Assembly: GCF_000143415.4 (NCBI RefSeq)
Contig: NW_003314380.1
Coordinates: 82,924 to 146,923, forward strand
Length of the DNA: 64,000 bases
From: Selaginella moellendorffii
Lineage: Eukaryota; Plantae; Lycopodiophyta
Reading direction: 5' to 3'
This document shows, piece after piece, positions 25,301 to 38,065 of this stretch; the stretch's first letter is position 1, and every line of letters starts with the position of its first letter. Under the pieces are notes generated by a model. The model worked only from the letters and a program-made list of their open reading frames with translations. It was not told the origin of the DNA and did no database searches. The position numbers were made by a program, and so were the translations under genes.

Positions 25301-27978
25301 GCACTCCTTGCAAATTAATTGGGAAATCATATGAAAGGACACTTACTTTCTTCTTATTGAACACATAACTAAAGTTTTCATAAAATAATATATTCAGAAA
25401 TAAATAATAACTCATTATTAGACTTATGTGCAATATATGTGTTTCTATACCCTACTGTGATTTACTATAAAATAGCTATCGAGTGAAATCCTTGGACATA
25501 TGTGCCAAGGACAATGGAGCAAGACTTGAGTTTCAAAGCTTTATACCATTGAATAAGGGATGGAGTTGAACTCCCAAGTGTACAACCAAAGAGTAAATGA
25601 ATAAGAACATAGAGTAATATTAGAATAATTCTAGAGTATCTCAACAACAAGACAAATATATAAAATGGAGCCAAATAAAGTCTAGTGCTATTTTAACATA
25701 TTAATGGCTTAATGTGAGGAAATAGGTGCTAGCATGGTATAAAACTTAGGCTTAAACCTAAGTTAGATGTGAAATAAAGATAGATATATCTAGTAAAGAA
25801 TTAGACAATGTTTTGGAACCAACAATAACTAATAAAACTAAAATATAGGATATAATAATGAGTGTCTGGTAGATAAGGTAAACTATCATATAGTGATATT
25901 AAGGGACTAATGCTTAATATGCTATGGTTTTTGTCACTAACTAGTGCAAAATATAACAAAATAAAAATTTCCTTATCAAGCCAAGTATGCTTAGTTAATG
26001 ATATGTATGAATTTAGTCCTTATACTCATTCAGTCTAAGTATACTCTTAACTTAATAATAGATCATCTTCAAGAATTAGTCAAAGCTACTACAATGATAC
26101 TATATATAAATAGACTACATCATCTTCATAAATACATTGCTCATGATCATAAGAACATGATATAAAAATCCTAATTACTTGATCTTCAATCAAGAAATAC
26201 TACAAGCAGGCCTATATCACTATTATAAAAGTTTATGTGAATATCAAGTACCAACTCTAATCAATAAAATACAAATTAATGCTATATCTTACCAATAGAG
26301 ATTTATGACATTTAACATCACCAATGTTATTTACAATATAGTCAAGATGTTTTCTTATCAAACTTAAAATTAATTTAACACTACATTATTCAAGGAGCAA
26401 TAATAAGGTTCACTAGAAAGAATTAAACATTGCAACTCAAGCTTTTCAATAAAAAATCTAAATAAAATGGTCTAGTGCTTCACCACTTTCCATCCTATAA
26501 CACATCATTCATAAAACCATTATAATCAACAAGCATTGAATTAGAGATTATTGATTGCATAATGTGCATGAATAATAAGATCAAACCTTGTTACAAATCA
26601 TCTCTTTGAGAAAAGAAGATGATTTATATGTTTGATCTTTGTCCCTAATGGACTTTCTTTTTAGACTCAACTTAACTAAATTTTAAGGTTGCATTTGCAT
26701 TACATTAAAGAAAAGTTATGAAATGACCATTTGAACTAATAGACTAATCTTTATAGTCTTGATTAATATAAGAATAATCATGTATAAGAAGGATCCATTA
26801 GTGTCATGCTAAATATTTGCCACTCCTAACAAATATAAGAGAGGTTTATTTGTACCCATAGTAATATAGTAATAACTCATGATAACTGCTAATAGGTTAA
26901 TATTAATTTTGCCAACTTAAAGTGTAACCTAAGCCTAAGTCATAAGCTTAAATATATACTCGTGCAAATAGTACATCTTAAACCCATCTAAAAAGCCCAA
27001 GCTAAAGTTTATACAAAATGGTATGTACCTGTAGCGCACGTGGTTTTGACCCTTTATCCTATAGTGATTTACCATAGGATAACACCACGAAGCGGAACCT
27101 AAACCCTCTTTGTGCCACGTGATGGATGCCACGTGTCACATGCCATGTGTCCATGCCACGTGTCCATAGGAACCCGAGGTTCAGGGCCTTGGGCCACTGA
27201 ACGAAGGAACGGTGCCAAACTCCCAAGCATGGAGCCAAGGAGTGACGGAACCGAACCACGGAGCAACTCCCGAGCATACAGCCCAAGGAGTGAAGGGACA
27301 GGAGCCCGGAGCGACTTGGAACAGTCCTAGAGTAACCAGCATCCCAATGCCAGGACCAGCACGCAAAACGGAGCCAAATGGAGTCTGGCGCTATTTTAGC
27401 ATACCGGTGGCCTAACGCGAGGATATGGGTACTCCACCAACTAGCATGGAATGGAACTTGGGTTTAGACCCAAGCCGGACACAGAACAAGGACAGGCACG
27501 CAAGCGGGAGCTAGACTATGCCTTAGGTTGGTCGGCCATGCCCGACTTACCCACTATCCCTACTATACATTTGGAACCCCCCACAGCCCCCCCCCCCCCC
27601 CTTAAGGAACACACGCTTTGGGCTTTCACCCCAAGCCTCCCTTAGTATCAGGAGTTAGTCTCTGGGACAAGCTCGAAACTTACTAAATATGGAATGTCCC
27701 TAGATTGCGAATTTGGACACGGGACGAACACCATTGTGTTCAGGACAATCTCTACATTCCGTAGATATGCCAAATGAGCAAATCTAGACACTTTCCATAA
27801 ATAGCATTTGGGACTGAAGCGAGACTAACACAAAGGGCATGATAGCGAGGGTGTTTGGCAGACATGGTAAGCTATCATCTAGCAATATTGAGGGACCAAG
27901 CTCAATATCGCGGGGGTTCCTAACACTAGCAAGTGCAAGCCAACATCATGAGTTTCTCATCACCGTGTCAAGTCTGCT

Positions 27979-29109
27979 TGTAGCGCATGTGGTTTTGACC
28001 CTTTATCCTATGGTGATTTACCATAGGATAACACCACGAAGCGGAACCTAAACCCTCTTTGTGCCACGTGACAGATGCCACGTGTCACATGCCACGTGTC
28101 CATAGGAACCCGAGGTTCAGGGCCTTGGGCCACTGAACGAAAGAACGGTGCCAAACTCCCAAGCATGGAGCCAAGGAGTGACGGAACCATACCACGGAGC
28201 AACTCCCGAGCATAAAGCCCCAAGGAGCGAAGGGACAGGGGCCCGGAGCGACTTGGAACAGTCCTGGAGCAACCAGCATCCCAATGCCAGGACTAGCACG
28301 CAAAACGGAGCCAAACGGAGTTTGGCGCTATTTCGGCATACCGGTGGCCTAACGTGAGGATATGGGTACTCCACCAACTAGCATGGAATGGAATTTGGGA
28401 TTAGACCCAAGCCGGACGCAGAACAAGGACAGGCATGCAAGCGGGAGCTAGACTATGCCTCAGGTTGGTCGGCCATGCCCGACCTACCCACTATCCCTAC
28501 TATACATTTGGAACCCCCCACAACCCCCCCCCCTTAAGGAACACACGCTTTGGGCTTTCACCCCAAGCCTCCCTTAGTATCAGGAGTTAGTCTCTGGGAC
28601 AAGTCCGAAACTTACTAAATATGGAATGTCCTTAGATTGCGAATTTGGACACGGGACGAACACCATTGTGTTCAGGCTGATCTCTACATTCCGTAGATAT
28701 GCCAAATGAGCAAATCTGGACACTTTCCATAAATAGCATTTGGGACCGAAATGAGACCAACACAAAGGGCATGACAGCGAGGGTGTTTGGCAGACACGGT
28801 AAGCTATCATCTAGCGATATTGAGGGACCAATCTCAATATCACAGGGGTTCCCAACACTAGCAAGTGCAAGTCAACGAATGAGTTTCTCTAACCAGGTCA
28901 AGTATGCTTGACTAATAGCACTTAAGAATTCCGTCCTTATGCCCATCTGGTCAAGTGCACACGCGAGGACCAGTTTCTCAACTAGCTTAGGTGGAGACTG
29001 ATAACGGGTCCAGCAATACCGACCTCCTGCCATCGTGGCAGTAAGGTAAGAGTGTCCGTAAGGACTAGCCGACAGGTAACTTTCGATACCTGAAGTCACA
29101 TTCGCGACA
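27979..29109 (-). repeat. 3' LTR of the young element
   Basis: TG..CA termini; adjacent to the PPT. Confidence 0.95.
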
Positions 29110-29122
29110 CTCTCCCCCCCTT
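29110..29122 (-). other. Polypurine tract (AAGGGGGGGAGAG)
   Basis: Immediately internal to the left LTR; purine-rich on the minus strand. Confidence 0.9.
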
Positions 29123-32100
29123 GGGAAGATCGACGTCCTCGTCGATGCATACTCGAGTCTAGAATACCGCCAAGGAAACAACTCCAGAAAAAGTTCACGG
29201 TACTCACACTATGTGAGAAATGCACCAACTTAAATGAGTTAGGAGGCAACCTCTTTGTCTAACGCGGATGCGCTACCAGCTCAGACACCTTTCGGCCGTC
29301 GCCGACAAGGAAATGACCAACGGAGTCAGCCACCCTTGCTGCTCTGGGAGTCACCCAGCTTACAAAAGTGTGATATGCCCCTGCCCGCAGGAACATAGAG
29401 AGAGAAGCTAGAGGCCCCAACCCTCCTGAGCAAAGAAACCAAACCCATCGGTAAGGTTTAGATAGACTACTGTAAACAGGCAGTTAGAGTTGTTTACACG
29501 GTCACGCCCTTTTAACGGAATAAGGAACATCGACAGAGAGGCGGGTTATGTGACCAGTCAACAGTAGCTACCCCATGACTAGAGATTTCAACATGCACAC
29601 GAAGTGCCGAAGCCAGTCTGCCCATTACTGGCCCAAACTCAAAGATGAATAGATGGACAATATCAAAGTCATAGACAATGATATCTTAGAGACTTAATTA
29701 TCAGTGAATATATCTTAGATTAGAACACAAAAGTATTCCAAGTAAGTTATCATCCGATAAACTAGTATTATATTATAGGAACCACCAAGATCATCAAAAT
29801 TGGTAAACATAGGATTCACCATCAAACAAAATTCAATAGCAAGTATATCATCAAGTAAACTCAACGATAAAGTTTAACTATTAAAGATTGCAGATAGAAT
29901 GTCAAACAACTTACAAAAGATAACTCAAAGAACACAAAGTATCATTGACTGGCAAGCAAAATGCTCGCGAATGTATTACCTAAAGGAAATAACATCCCAA
30001 GCTATCAGAACTAACTCGAGTAACAATCAACAAAACAGAATGAATGTGGCAAGACCAACAAACACTCGTTTATGCCAACTATCACGCTAGCTAATCCGAA
30101 TAGATCCCAGCCAACAACACCAAGGAACTGAAGTTGCCTAAGTAAGTGTCAGCAACATCCTATCGATGTCTCAAACCCAAGAGATCAATCCAGAGCAAAC
30201 CACAATGAACATGTGGTATTGCGAAAAGCCAAAAGCTATCAAAGAGAACAACTAACCATCATGAAAGATCATCAATCATCCTATCAATAAAGAAATGCAT
30301 AATCATCATCGAAGAAAGAATTTACTATCTCGAAGAACAGCAAATCATTCTATACCAACAATAATCAAGCAAAACCCTTGACAAGGATAATCAACTATCT
30401 TAGATGATAGTCAATCATCATCAATGATTGCTAGATGCAAATACTAACGTCAACATCGAAGCTAATGAGCCAAAATGCCTTCCCCCAACAACTCCTAACA
30501 AATGAAATAATGAGCATGAAAACTCAAAGAACCAAAAGCTCGAAGAAGTCTATAGCCAAGTCTTTTCTAACAATGATCGCAAGTCTCGCATGGACTAACG
30601 TCAATGCTAAAGAAGAAATCATGGTACAACCCACAATATCCTCCTCAACACATCTATAAGCTAAACTTCATAATGCAAAGCTAATGAAGAGCATGTTTGC
30701 ATCAATCCAAAAGCTAAGCATAACAAAGCTATGCTCAACAAGTGATCATCATGCGATCCTCCATGAATCCATCTATAGCAAGACGTAACTCACATCATAA
30801 CAAGCACAAGAAGAATTATCAATGATTGATATATTTCAACTAAAATCCCATAAGGATTCAAATATCCAATATCGATCACTAACTCTCCCGCTTGTAGAGT
30901 TAGCATAGTCCATGATGAAATCACTTTTCAAGGAAAAGCCAAAGCTCAACCCTCTACTAAATAATCTCATCATAGAACACAACTAACTCAAACTTGCCAC
31001 TCAGTTCATTTGAACGTCAACACAGTTGCTAACTAGCAAATGCACGAATGCTAATAACACAAAGCCATAGCCCAATCATCAACACTATCTTCATTAAGAC
31101 TAATGAAACTCGACATCAATCTTGCAGAGAGACATCTCATTTCACTAAAATTTCTACATCAACAATATCAACGATAAGGCATCACTTCAATGCCATCAAC
31201 ACTAGAACAAAGCTAGAAGAAAGCACGAGTGTATCACCACTCAAAGCTCTCTAACAACCAAGCTAACCAAGGTCGAAGATACTTTACTCAGTATCCGAGA
31301 CCAATCTTTCAACAATACTCAGTCACAGATAACACTTCCTCAAGGAGTGAATCACCACGTCCAAGACTCCATGAAATCCAACACCACGAACTAAACGCAA
31401 CCAAATGATATCAACAGAGGTAGAGTCGATATGCTAACATGGAAAACCCATGTAAGTCTAACAACACGATCCTCCGCAACACCGTCCGGTAAAGCAAACC
31501 CATCACTGCTAAATCTTCATCAAGCGAAGCAAGTGTCCAAAGCCCTTGACAAAGTCTACAAGCAATCACTAGTTGCAAAGCAACCAACAATCACTTGTCT
31601 TGCCTTTCACAAGACCCAAACACTAACTCATGCCATTGAGTTACACACTTGTCCAACATGAACGTAATACCCCAAATATGAGATAAAGGTTCATGGACAA
31701 GCACAAACTAAATGACCACTCGAATCCAACTCAACCACGATAAGCTCACCAATGCATTTAGCCACTAGCTCTGAGCATGCCTTGAAGAGGCTAGCTATAC
31801 ATGACCAACACTTAGCCGAAACTAAAGCGAAGACCATGAGATGGACTCATATTGGTACACAACCTCCTCATAGACAAAGCTACAGTATGGGTACCAACAT
31901 CTCAAACTCAAACAACTAAGTTGAACATCACTATCCTCAGCCAAGGCGCAGGGCCACCAAGACTAAGTCAAGATCAGTGAGAGCTCACTACTCTCATAGA
32001 GTCTAACAAAATGCAAAGTGCAACCTGCCACCAAGCATAACGCTACAAAAGAAAGGCACAAGGGTCACCTTTCTAGAAAAGTGCAACGGCCACTTTTCTA

Positions 32101-34100
32101 CACTAACTCCAGACTCTATCCAACTCAATTGCCTTAGCCCCAAAAGTCACCATCCCTTTCAGGCCGCATCATACAAACTACATACTAAGGTTTAAGCCAA
32201 CTGAAGTCAACTCCAACCCCTTCACTAGTTTGTACTGGCTTACGAAAACGGAATGGTTTTCAGACAAAGTGATAACAGATCAGCTATTGGAAAAGTCTAA
32301 GAAAATTTGTGGAAAATTTCCATCCTAGAAAAAGAATGACTCTCAGTCCAAGAATACAAACTTTCAAGACTCAACTAACTTCCTCCTACTAACAACTTCA
32401 CATAGGTTCACCTCAACACAAATTCTCATGACCCATAGTATGCTTAAGCCTCGAATATCTTTTTGCCCATTCTTTCGACATCCAACACTGATATCCGTAA
32501 AAATGCAAATGGAATATCCAAGGCTTGATCACGAAGACCACATCTTCGGATATCCACATTGCACTAACACTCTTCTTCAATCACCTTCAAGATCCAATGT
32601 GAAGCTAAAACACTAACAAGAAAAATGACATGGAAAATCAAGCTCTAAGGAAAATTCCTTATCACTCGAAGTAACAATGCCACTTCCACTAACACAAGTG
32701 CTAGTGATGTCAATGCCCCAACTACACACCTTCTCCATCCAACAATCTACTCCAAGTGTTAACGGATCAACTAATGAGCTATAGCAGCTAAATGCTACAA
32801 CCCTTCTCCAACACCTTAGTGGGCAAACTCAAGGAACTAAGGAACCAACTTAAGCTTAGCATAATGGACCACCATTAAGAATCCAGTCAAAGCTACTACA
32901 ATGCTACTTCGTGCAAGTAGACTTAGCTTCACCATCAACAACTTTGGGGTTGATCATCGTTTAACCAAGCAACTTCGTAAACACATTGCTCATTATCACA
33001 TGGATATGATATAGAAATCACAATGACTTGATCATCAATTGAGCAACACCACGAGCAATGCCAATGTTATTACTTCAAAGGTTTATGTGAGTATCAAGTG
33101 CTAACTCAATTCGACAAAATGCAACATAAATGCCACACTCCACCGATAGAGACTTACAACACCCAACATCACTAACTTTTGTTCACTACATGGACAAGCT
33201 TATGCCACTCTCTTTCCGACCAAACTCAAAACTTAATCCAACACCAAGCTACTCAAGGAGCAATAGCAAGGTTCCTCAGAAAAGAATTGAGCATTGCAAC
33301 CCAAGTCTTTCAATAGCAAGCCTAGACAAAATGGTATAGCGCTTCACCGCTATCCACCCCATAACTCACCATTTGTATGACCATCATCTCCAAGATGCAT
33401 CAAGGTAGGGACTCTTGATTGCATGATGTGAACACGAGCAATGAGTCACACCTCGTTGCAAATCATCTCTCCAAAAGAGAAGATGATTTACGTGTTTGAT
33501 CCTTCGTCCCCGACGACTCTTTTTTCGGTCTCATCTTTGACTACACTTCAAGCTTGCGTTCGCACTGCCTTCAGTCCAATCCAAGAAAAGTTTATAATAG
33601 AGCACAGCAATGATTACTTGAACCAATAGACTAATCCCTACAGTCTTGATTGATCCACTTGTAATCATGCCTAGGAAGGATCTACTAGTGCCGTGCTAAA
33701 TAGCTACGGACCAGCCTATTTGCCACTCATAGCAAACTCAGGGAAGGTTTGCTCTTACCCACGGTACATGGAACAACTCATGGAACCACTAGAACAACTC
33801 ATGGAACCACTGAGAGGCTAACATTAATCCTGCCAACTCAAAGTGTAACCTTAAGTTGCTAATGTGCCTCACTCACGAGCCCAAGCGTAAACTCGTGTAA
33901 CCGGAACAACTCAATCTCTTTTGTGAGCCCAAGCTCAAGCTCACAGAATATGGTACAAAAGGTAACCAAAACCATACCCAAGGAACGAATGTGAACCCTT
34001 TGCACCAAACGTGTACCCACTCGGATCATCGTTTTCATCTCTACGTATGCAACGAGACTAGTTGCCCAATCTCATTGAATAGTACTCGCTGAGACTCATT

Positions 34101-34111
34101 CTCTGATACCA
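34101..34111 (-). other. Primer binding site complementary to tRNA-iMet (TGGTATCAGAG)
   Basis: CTCTGATACCA on the plus strand, 2 nt from the right LTR boundary at 34114. Confidence 0.93.
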
Positions 34112-34113
34112 AA

Positions 34114-35260
34114 TGTAGCGCACGTGGTTTTGACCCTTTATCCTATGGTGATTTACCATAGGATAACACCACGAAGCGGAACCTAAACCCTCTTTGTGCC
34201 ACGTGATAGATGCCACGTGTCACATGCCACGTGTCCATGCCACGTGTCCATAGGAACCCGAGGTTCAGGGCCTTGGGCCACTGAACGAAAGAACGGTGCC
34301 AAACTCCCAAGCATGGAGCCAAGGAGTGACGGAACCATACCACGGAGCAACTCCCGAGCATAAAGCCCCAAGGAGCGAAGGGACAGGGGCCCGGAGCGAC
34401 TTGGAACAGTCCTGGAGCAACCAGCATCCCAATGCCAGGACTAGCACGCAAAACGGAGCCAAACGGAGTTTGGCGCTATTTCGGCATACCGGTGGCCTAA
34501 CGTGAGGATATGGGTACTCCCCCAACTAGCATGGAATGGAATTTGGGCTTAGACCCAAGCCGGACGCAGAACAAGGACAGACACGCAAGCGGGAGCTAGA
34601 CTATGCCTCATGTTGGTCGGCCATGCCCGACCTACCCACTATCCCTACTATACATTTGGAACCCCCCACAGCCCCCCCCCCCCCTTGAGGAACACACGCT
34701 TTGGGCTTTCACCCCAAGCCTCCCTTAGTATCAGGAGTTAGTCTCTGGGACAAACTCGAAACTTACTAAATATGGAATGTCCTTAGATTGCGAATTTGGA
34801 CACGGGACGAACACCATTGTGTTCAGGCCGATCTCTACATTCCGTAGATATGCCAAATGAGCAAATCTGGACACTTTCCATAAATAGCATTTGGGACCGA
34901 AATGAGACCAACACAAAGGGCATGACAGCGAGGGTGTTTGGCAAACACGGTAAGCTATCATCTAGCGATATTGAGGGACCAATCTCAATATCACAGGGGT
35001 TCCCAACACTAGCAAGTGCAAGTCAACGAATGAGTTTCTCTAACCAGGTCAAGTATGCTTGACTAATAGCACTTAGGAATTCCGTCCTTATGCCCATCTG
35101 GTCAAGTGCACACGCGAGGACCAGTTTCTCAACTAGCTTAGGTGGAGACTGATAACGGGTCCAGCAATACCGACCTCCTGCCATCGTGGCAGTAAGGTAA
35201 GAGTGTCCGTAAGGACTAGCCGACAGGTAACTTTCGATACCTGAAGTCACATTTGCGACA
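34114..35260 (-). repeat. 5' LTR of the young element
   Basis: TG..CA termini; adjacent to the PBS. Confidence 0.95.
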
Positions 35261-37348
35261 CTGCTTGACTAAATGACAACTTAGGATTTCCTTCCTTAGT
35301 GCCCTTCCGGTCTAAGTGCACATGTGATGACCAGTTTCTCAACTAGCTTAGGCGGAGACTGATAACGGGCCCAGCAATACCGACCTCCTGCCATCGTGGC
35401 AGTAAGGTAAGAGTGTCCGTAAGGACTAGTCGACAGGTAACTTTCGATACCCGAAGTCACATGCGCGACAGTACCAAAATTTATAGATATATATGCAAAG
35501 CTACAACAACTAAATACCCATTTAGATCATTGTCTTCATCTCTGTTAGTTGTCCAATTTCATTAAATAGTGCTTGTTAAGATTAATCCTTTGATACTAGT
35601 GATTTTCACTTAATACCCTATGATGATTTACTATAGGATAACTATACATTGGAATTTAACTTTTGGACACATGTATACGAATAATGGAGTAAAACTTAAA
35701 TTTCCATAGAGTATGTAGTTTTTGCACTTTCCCTTATAGTGTTTTATTATAGAATAACCACAGAAAGGAACCTTAACTCTTGGATATGTATGCCAAAGGA
35801 AGTAGAGTGGAACCTGAATATTAAAGCCTAAGCCCACTAAATGAAAGGAGGGAGCCAAACTCAACTAAGAAATGAAGGAATTGGAATACAAAATAATTTT
35901 TAAACATATAGTGAAAGAGCAAGGAATAGGAGTATAAAGTGACTTAGAATAGTCTTAAATCATTTAGCATCCTAACACCAAGATTAGTACATAAAACGAA
36001 ATCAAATCAAGTTTGGTGTATTTCAGTATACTAGTGGCCTAATGCAAAGTTATAAATACTCCACCAAGAAACATAGTATAAACTTGGGGTTAAACCTAAA
36101 CTAGACATAGAACAAAAACAGACACACTTAGCAAAGAGCTAAACAATGTTGCAATTTTGTCAGCCATACTTGACTTACTTACCTTGTTAGCAAATTTATA
36201 CATTTTTTATAAATAGTTAATAGGATTGAATATAACCAATGTATAGAGGACTATAATGCGACAGGAATTCCTTATTGGGCAAAGTATACATAGTTAATAG
36301 TATGTAAAAATTTTGTCATTATATTTGTTTGGTCTAAGTACACTTGAAATGCCCAATTAACTTCACTAGCATAAGAAGAATTGATTTCCTTCCATCATGA
36401 CAGTAAAAAAAGAATATCTTAAAAGACTTATTAATAGATAATTGTTGATACCCATAGTCACATTTACGACAATTTTAAAGCTTTAAGCCACTTACTGAAA
36501 CAATGCAGCCAAAATCCTAAATGTATACCCAAAAAGCAAATGTAAAGGAGTATGGAGTCACCATGTTTTATTCAAATTAACTGGTGCAATAATTAGCATA
36601 GTTGAGTGTTTGTTAGCCCTTGTGACATTCATTCTAATATGTTGATTATTGTTAAGTATTACTTTTGATAAATTAGGATGTTATTTCCTTTGGATAATAT
36701 ATTTAGTAGTAGGAATGACATGAATAGTAAAAAGAGACATTGGTTTATCATGCAATAATTCTTGCATAGTGATGGTAGAAATACAAGGATTGTAAAAAAT
36801 ACTATATCAAGAGAAGTAAAGAATATCTTAAGAAATGGTTGATAACTCAAGAATAGTATGATCTTTAATTACCACTAATGGACACTTGAACTGGTTGTGT
36901 TTTTCAAAGTTTTCAAGTAGAAAAAACCATATACCTATTGATAGCCTTAATCACTTACTTCGTAATTTGAGAATGTACAGAAATTGTATGGTGTCAAACA
37001 AACTCTTTATTAATGAAATAAGAGGTAGCACTGGAGTTTAAAAGCAAAAGAGAGGGGACCCTAACCAAGATAAAGTGCCTAGAATGTACAAAATCCAACT
37101 ATATAGTTCTTATGTTGATTGGAGATCCTTGTTTAGTATAATCCTTTAAACTTGATCACTTGAGAATTCATGACATATGAATTGATGTGGTCAAAACTTG
37201 AGTGGAACAAGAGGGTATATATGTCCTACTATATATCCTACTACATATCATGTAGTACCATAGTAGAGTTATACTTCATTGAGATAATGCTGACACTTTG
37301 CTAAAGACAATTTATATTGTGCTTCTTGTTGCTATTGACCAATCTTAA

Positions 37349-38065
37349 TATAGTGCATTTGAATTTAGAACTTAACTCCAAGTTTGTTATATTATGAAAT
37401 AAGAGTTTGGTACATAGTCAAAATCCCTTATGAGCACTAACTCCCCAAATTTAATTCTTGTACAAAAATTGGTGTTAGGTAATGTTTGGCATAATTTTAA
37501 CATATTGGTGGCTTAATACAAAGAGGTGGGTATCCCACCAACTAGAACAACATAAATAAAGCTTGGGCTTAGACTCAAGCTAAATACAAAATAAAGAGTA
37601 ATATAACCTAATAAGAGCCAAATTAATATTTTAAATGGTTAGCCATGTTTTTGACCACTATCTTTACTATACATTTGGAAATTCCCCCCCACCACAGTGT
37701 TTGTGACGCTATACATTTCATAAATATACTTCACTAGCAAATCGAGATACTTACCATAAATAACACATAAGACTGAAATAGGACTAACACAAATATGATG
37801 ATGAGGGTGATTGGCAAATACTGTAAGCTATTATATAGTGCTATTGAAGGATTTTCCTTAATATCATAAGGGTTCCCAACACTAACAAGTGCAAGCCAAT
37901 AATATGATTATATTATATATACTTGACAACTTGGGATTTTTTTCTTTAGTGCCTTGCTAGTTTAAGTGCACATATGCTTACAACTAACTAGTATAGTAGT
38001 AAAGAAAGAATGTTTGAAAGGATTGGTTAACAAGTATTTTTCAATACTTAAAATTACATTTATGT
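37349..38065. mobile_element. Degenerate solo LTR of the 8970-9880 subfamily
   Basis: TATAGTGCATTTGAATTTAGAACTTAACTCC matches TGTAGCGCACTTGAATTTGGAGCCGAACTC. Later blocks (CCACTATCTTTACTATACATTTGGAA, GGTTCCCAACACTAACAAGTGCAAGCC) match the family. Confidence 0.7.

Larger units (their letters stand above)
27979..35260 (-). mobile_element. Structurally intact non-autonomous LTR retrotransposon (gypsy-derived, LARD-like), 7.3 kb
   Basis: LTRs at 27979-29109 and 34114-35260 differ by ~16 substitutions, one 13-bp indel and poly-C length (manual count). Perfect TSD CTGCT, PBS and PPT present, and no long internal ORF on the element strand. Confidence 0.95.
27030..35470 (-). mobile_element. Solo LTR (27030-27978 + 35266-35470, ~1.15 kb) split by a younger insertion
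   Basis: TG...CA termini (TGTAGCGCACG / ATGCGCGACA) and a perfect 5-bp TSD GTACC at 27025-27029 and 35471-35475. Confidence 0.93.
25445..36471 (-). mobile_element. Old, heavily deaminated LTR element of the same family as 27979-35260 (host of the nest)
   Basis: LTR-like 25445-26045. The internal segments 26060-27029 and 35476-35598 are homologous to ~32870-34113, including a PBS relic CTTTGATACTA. The right LTR ~35600-36471 ends GTCACATTTACGACA. Confidence 0.75.

Noticed and set aside
29258-29278. NADAL (gypsy RNase H end motif) on the plus strand
   Set aside because: Wrong strand for the element and no flanking RNase H residues; likely chance.
27059-35250. Repeated short ORFs (MPNSQAWSQG.., MIARVFGRH.., MRASPGIGML..)
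   Set aside because: They recur only because they lie inside LTR copies; no coding signature.
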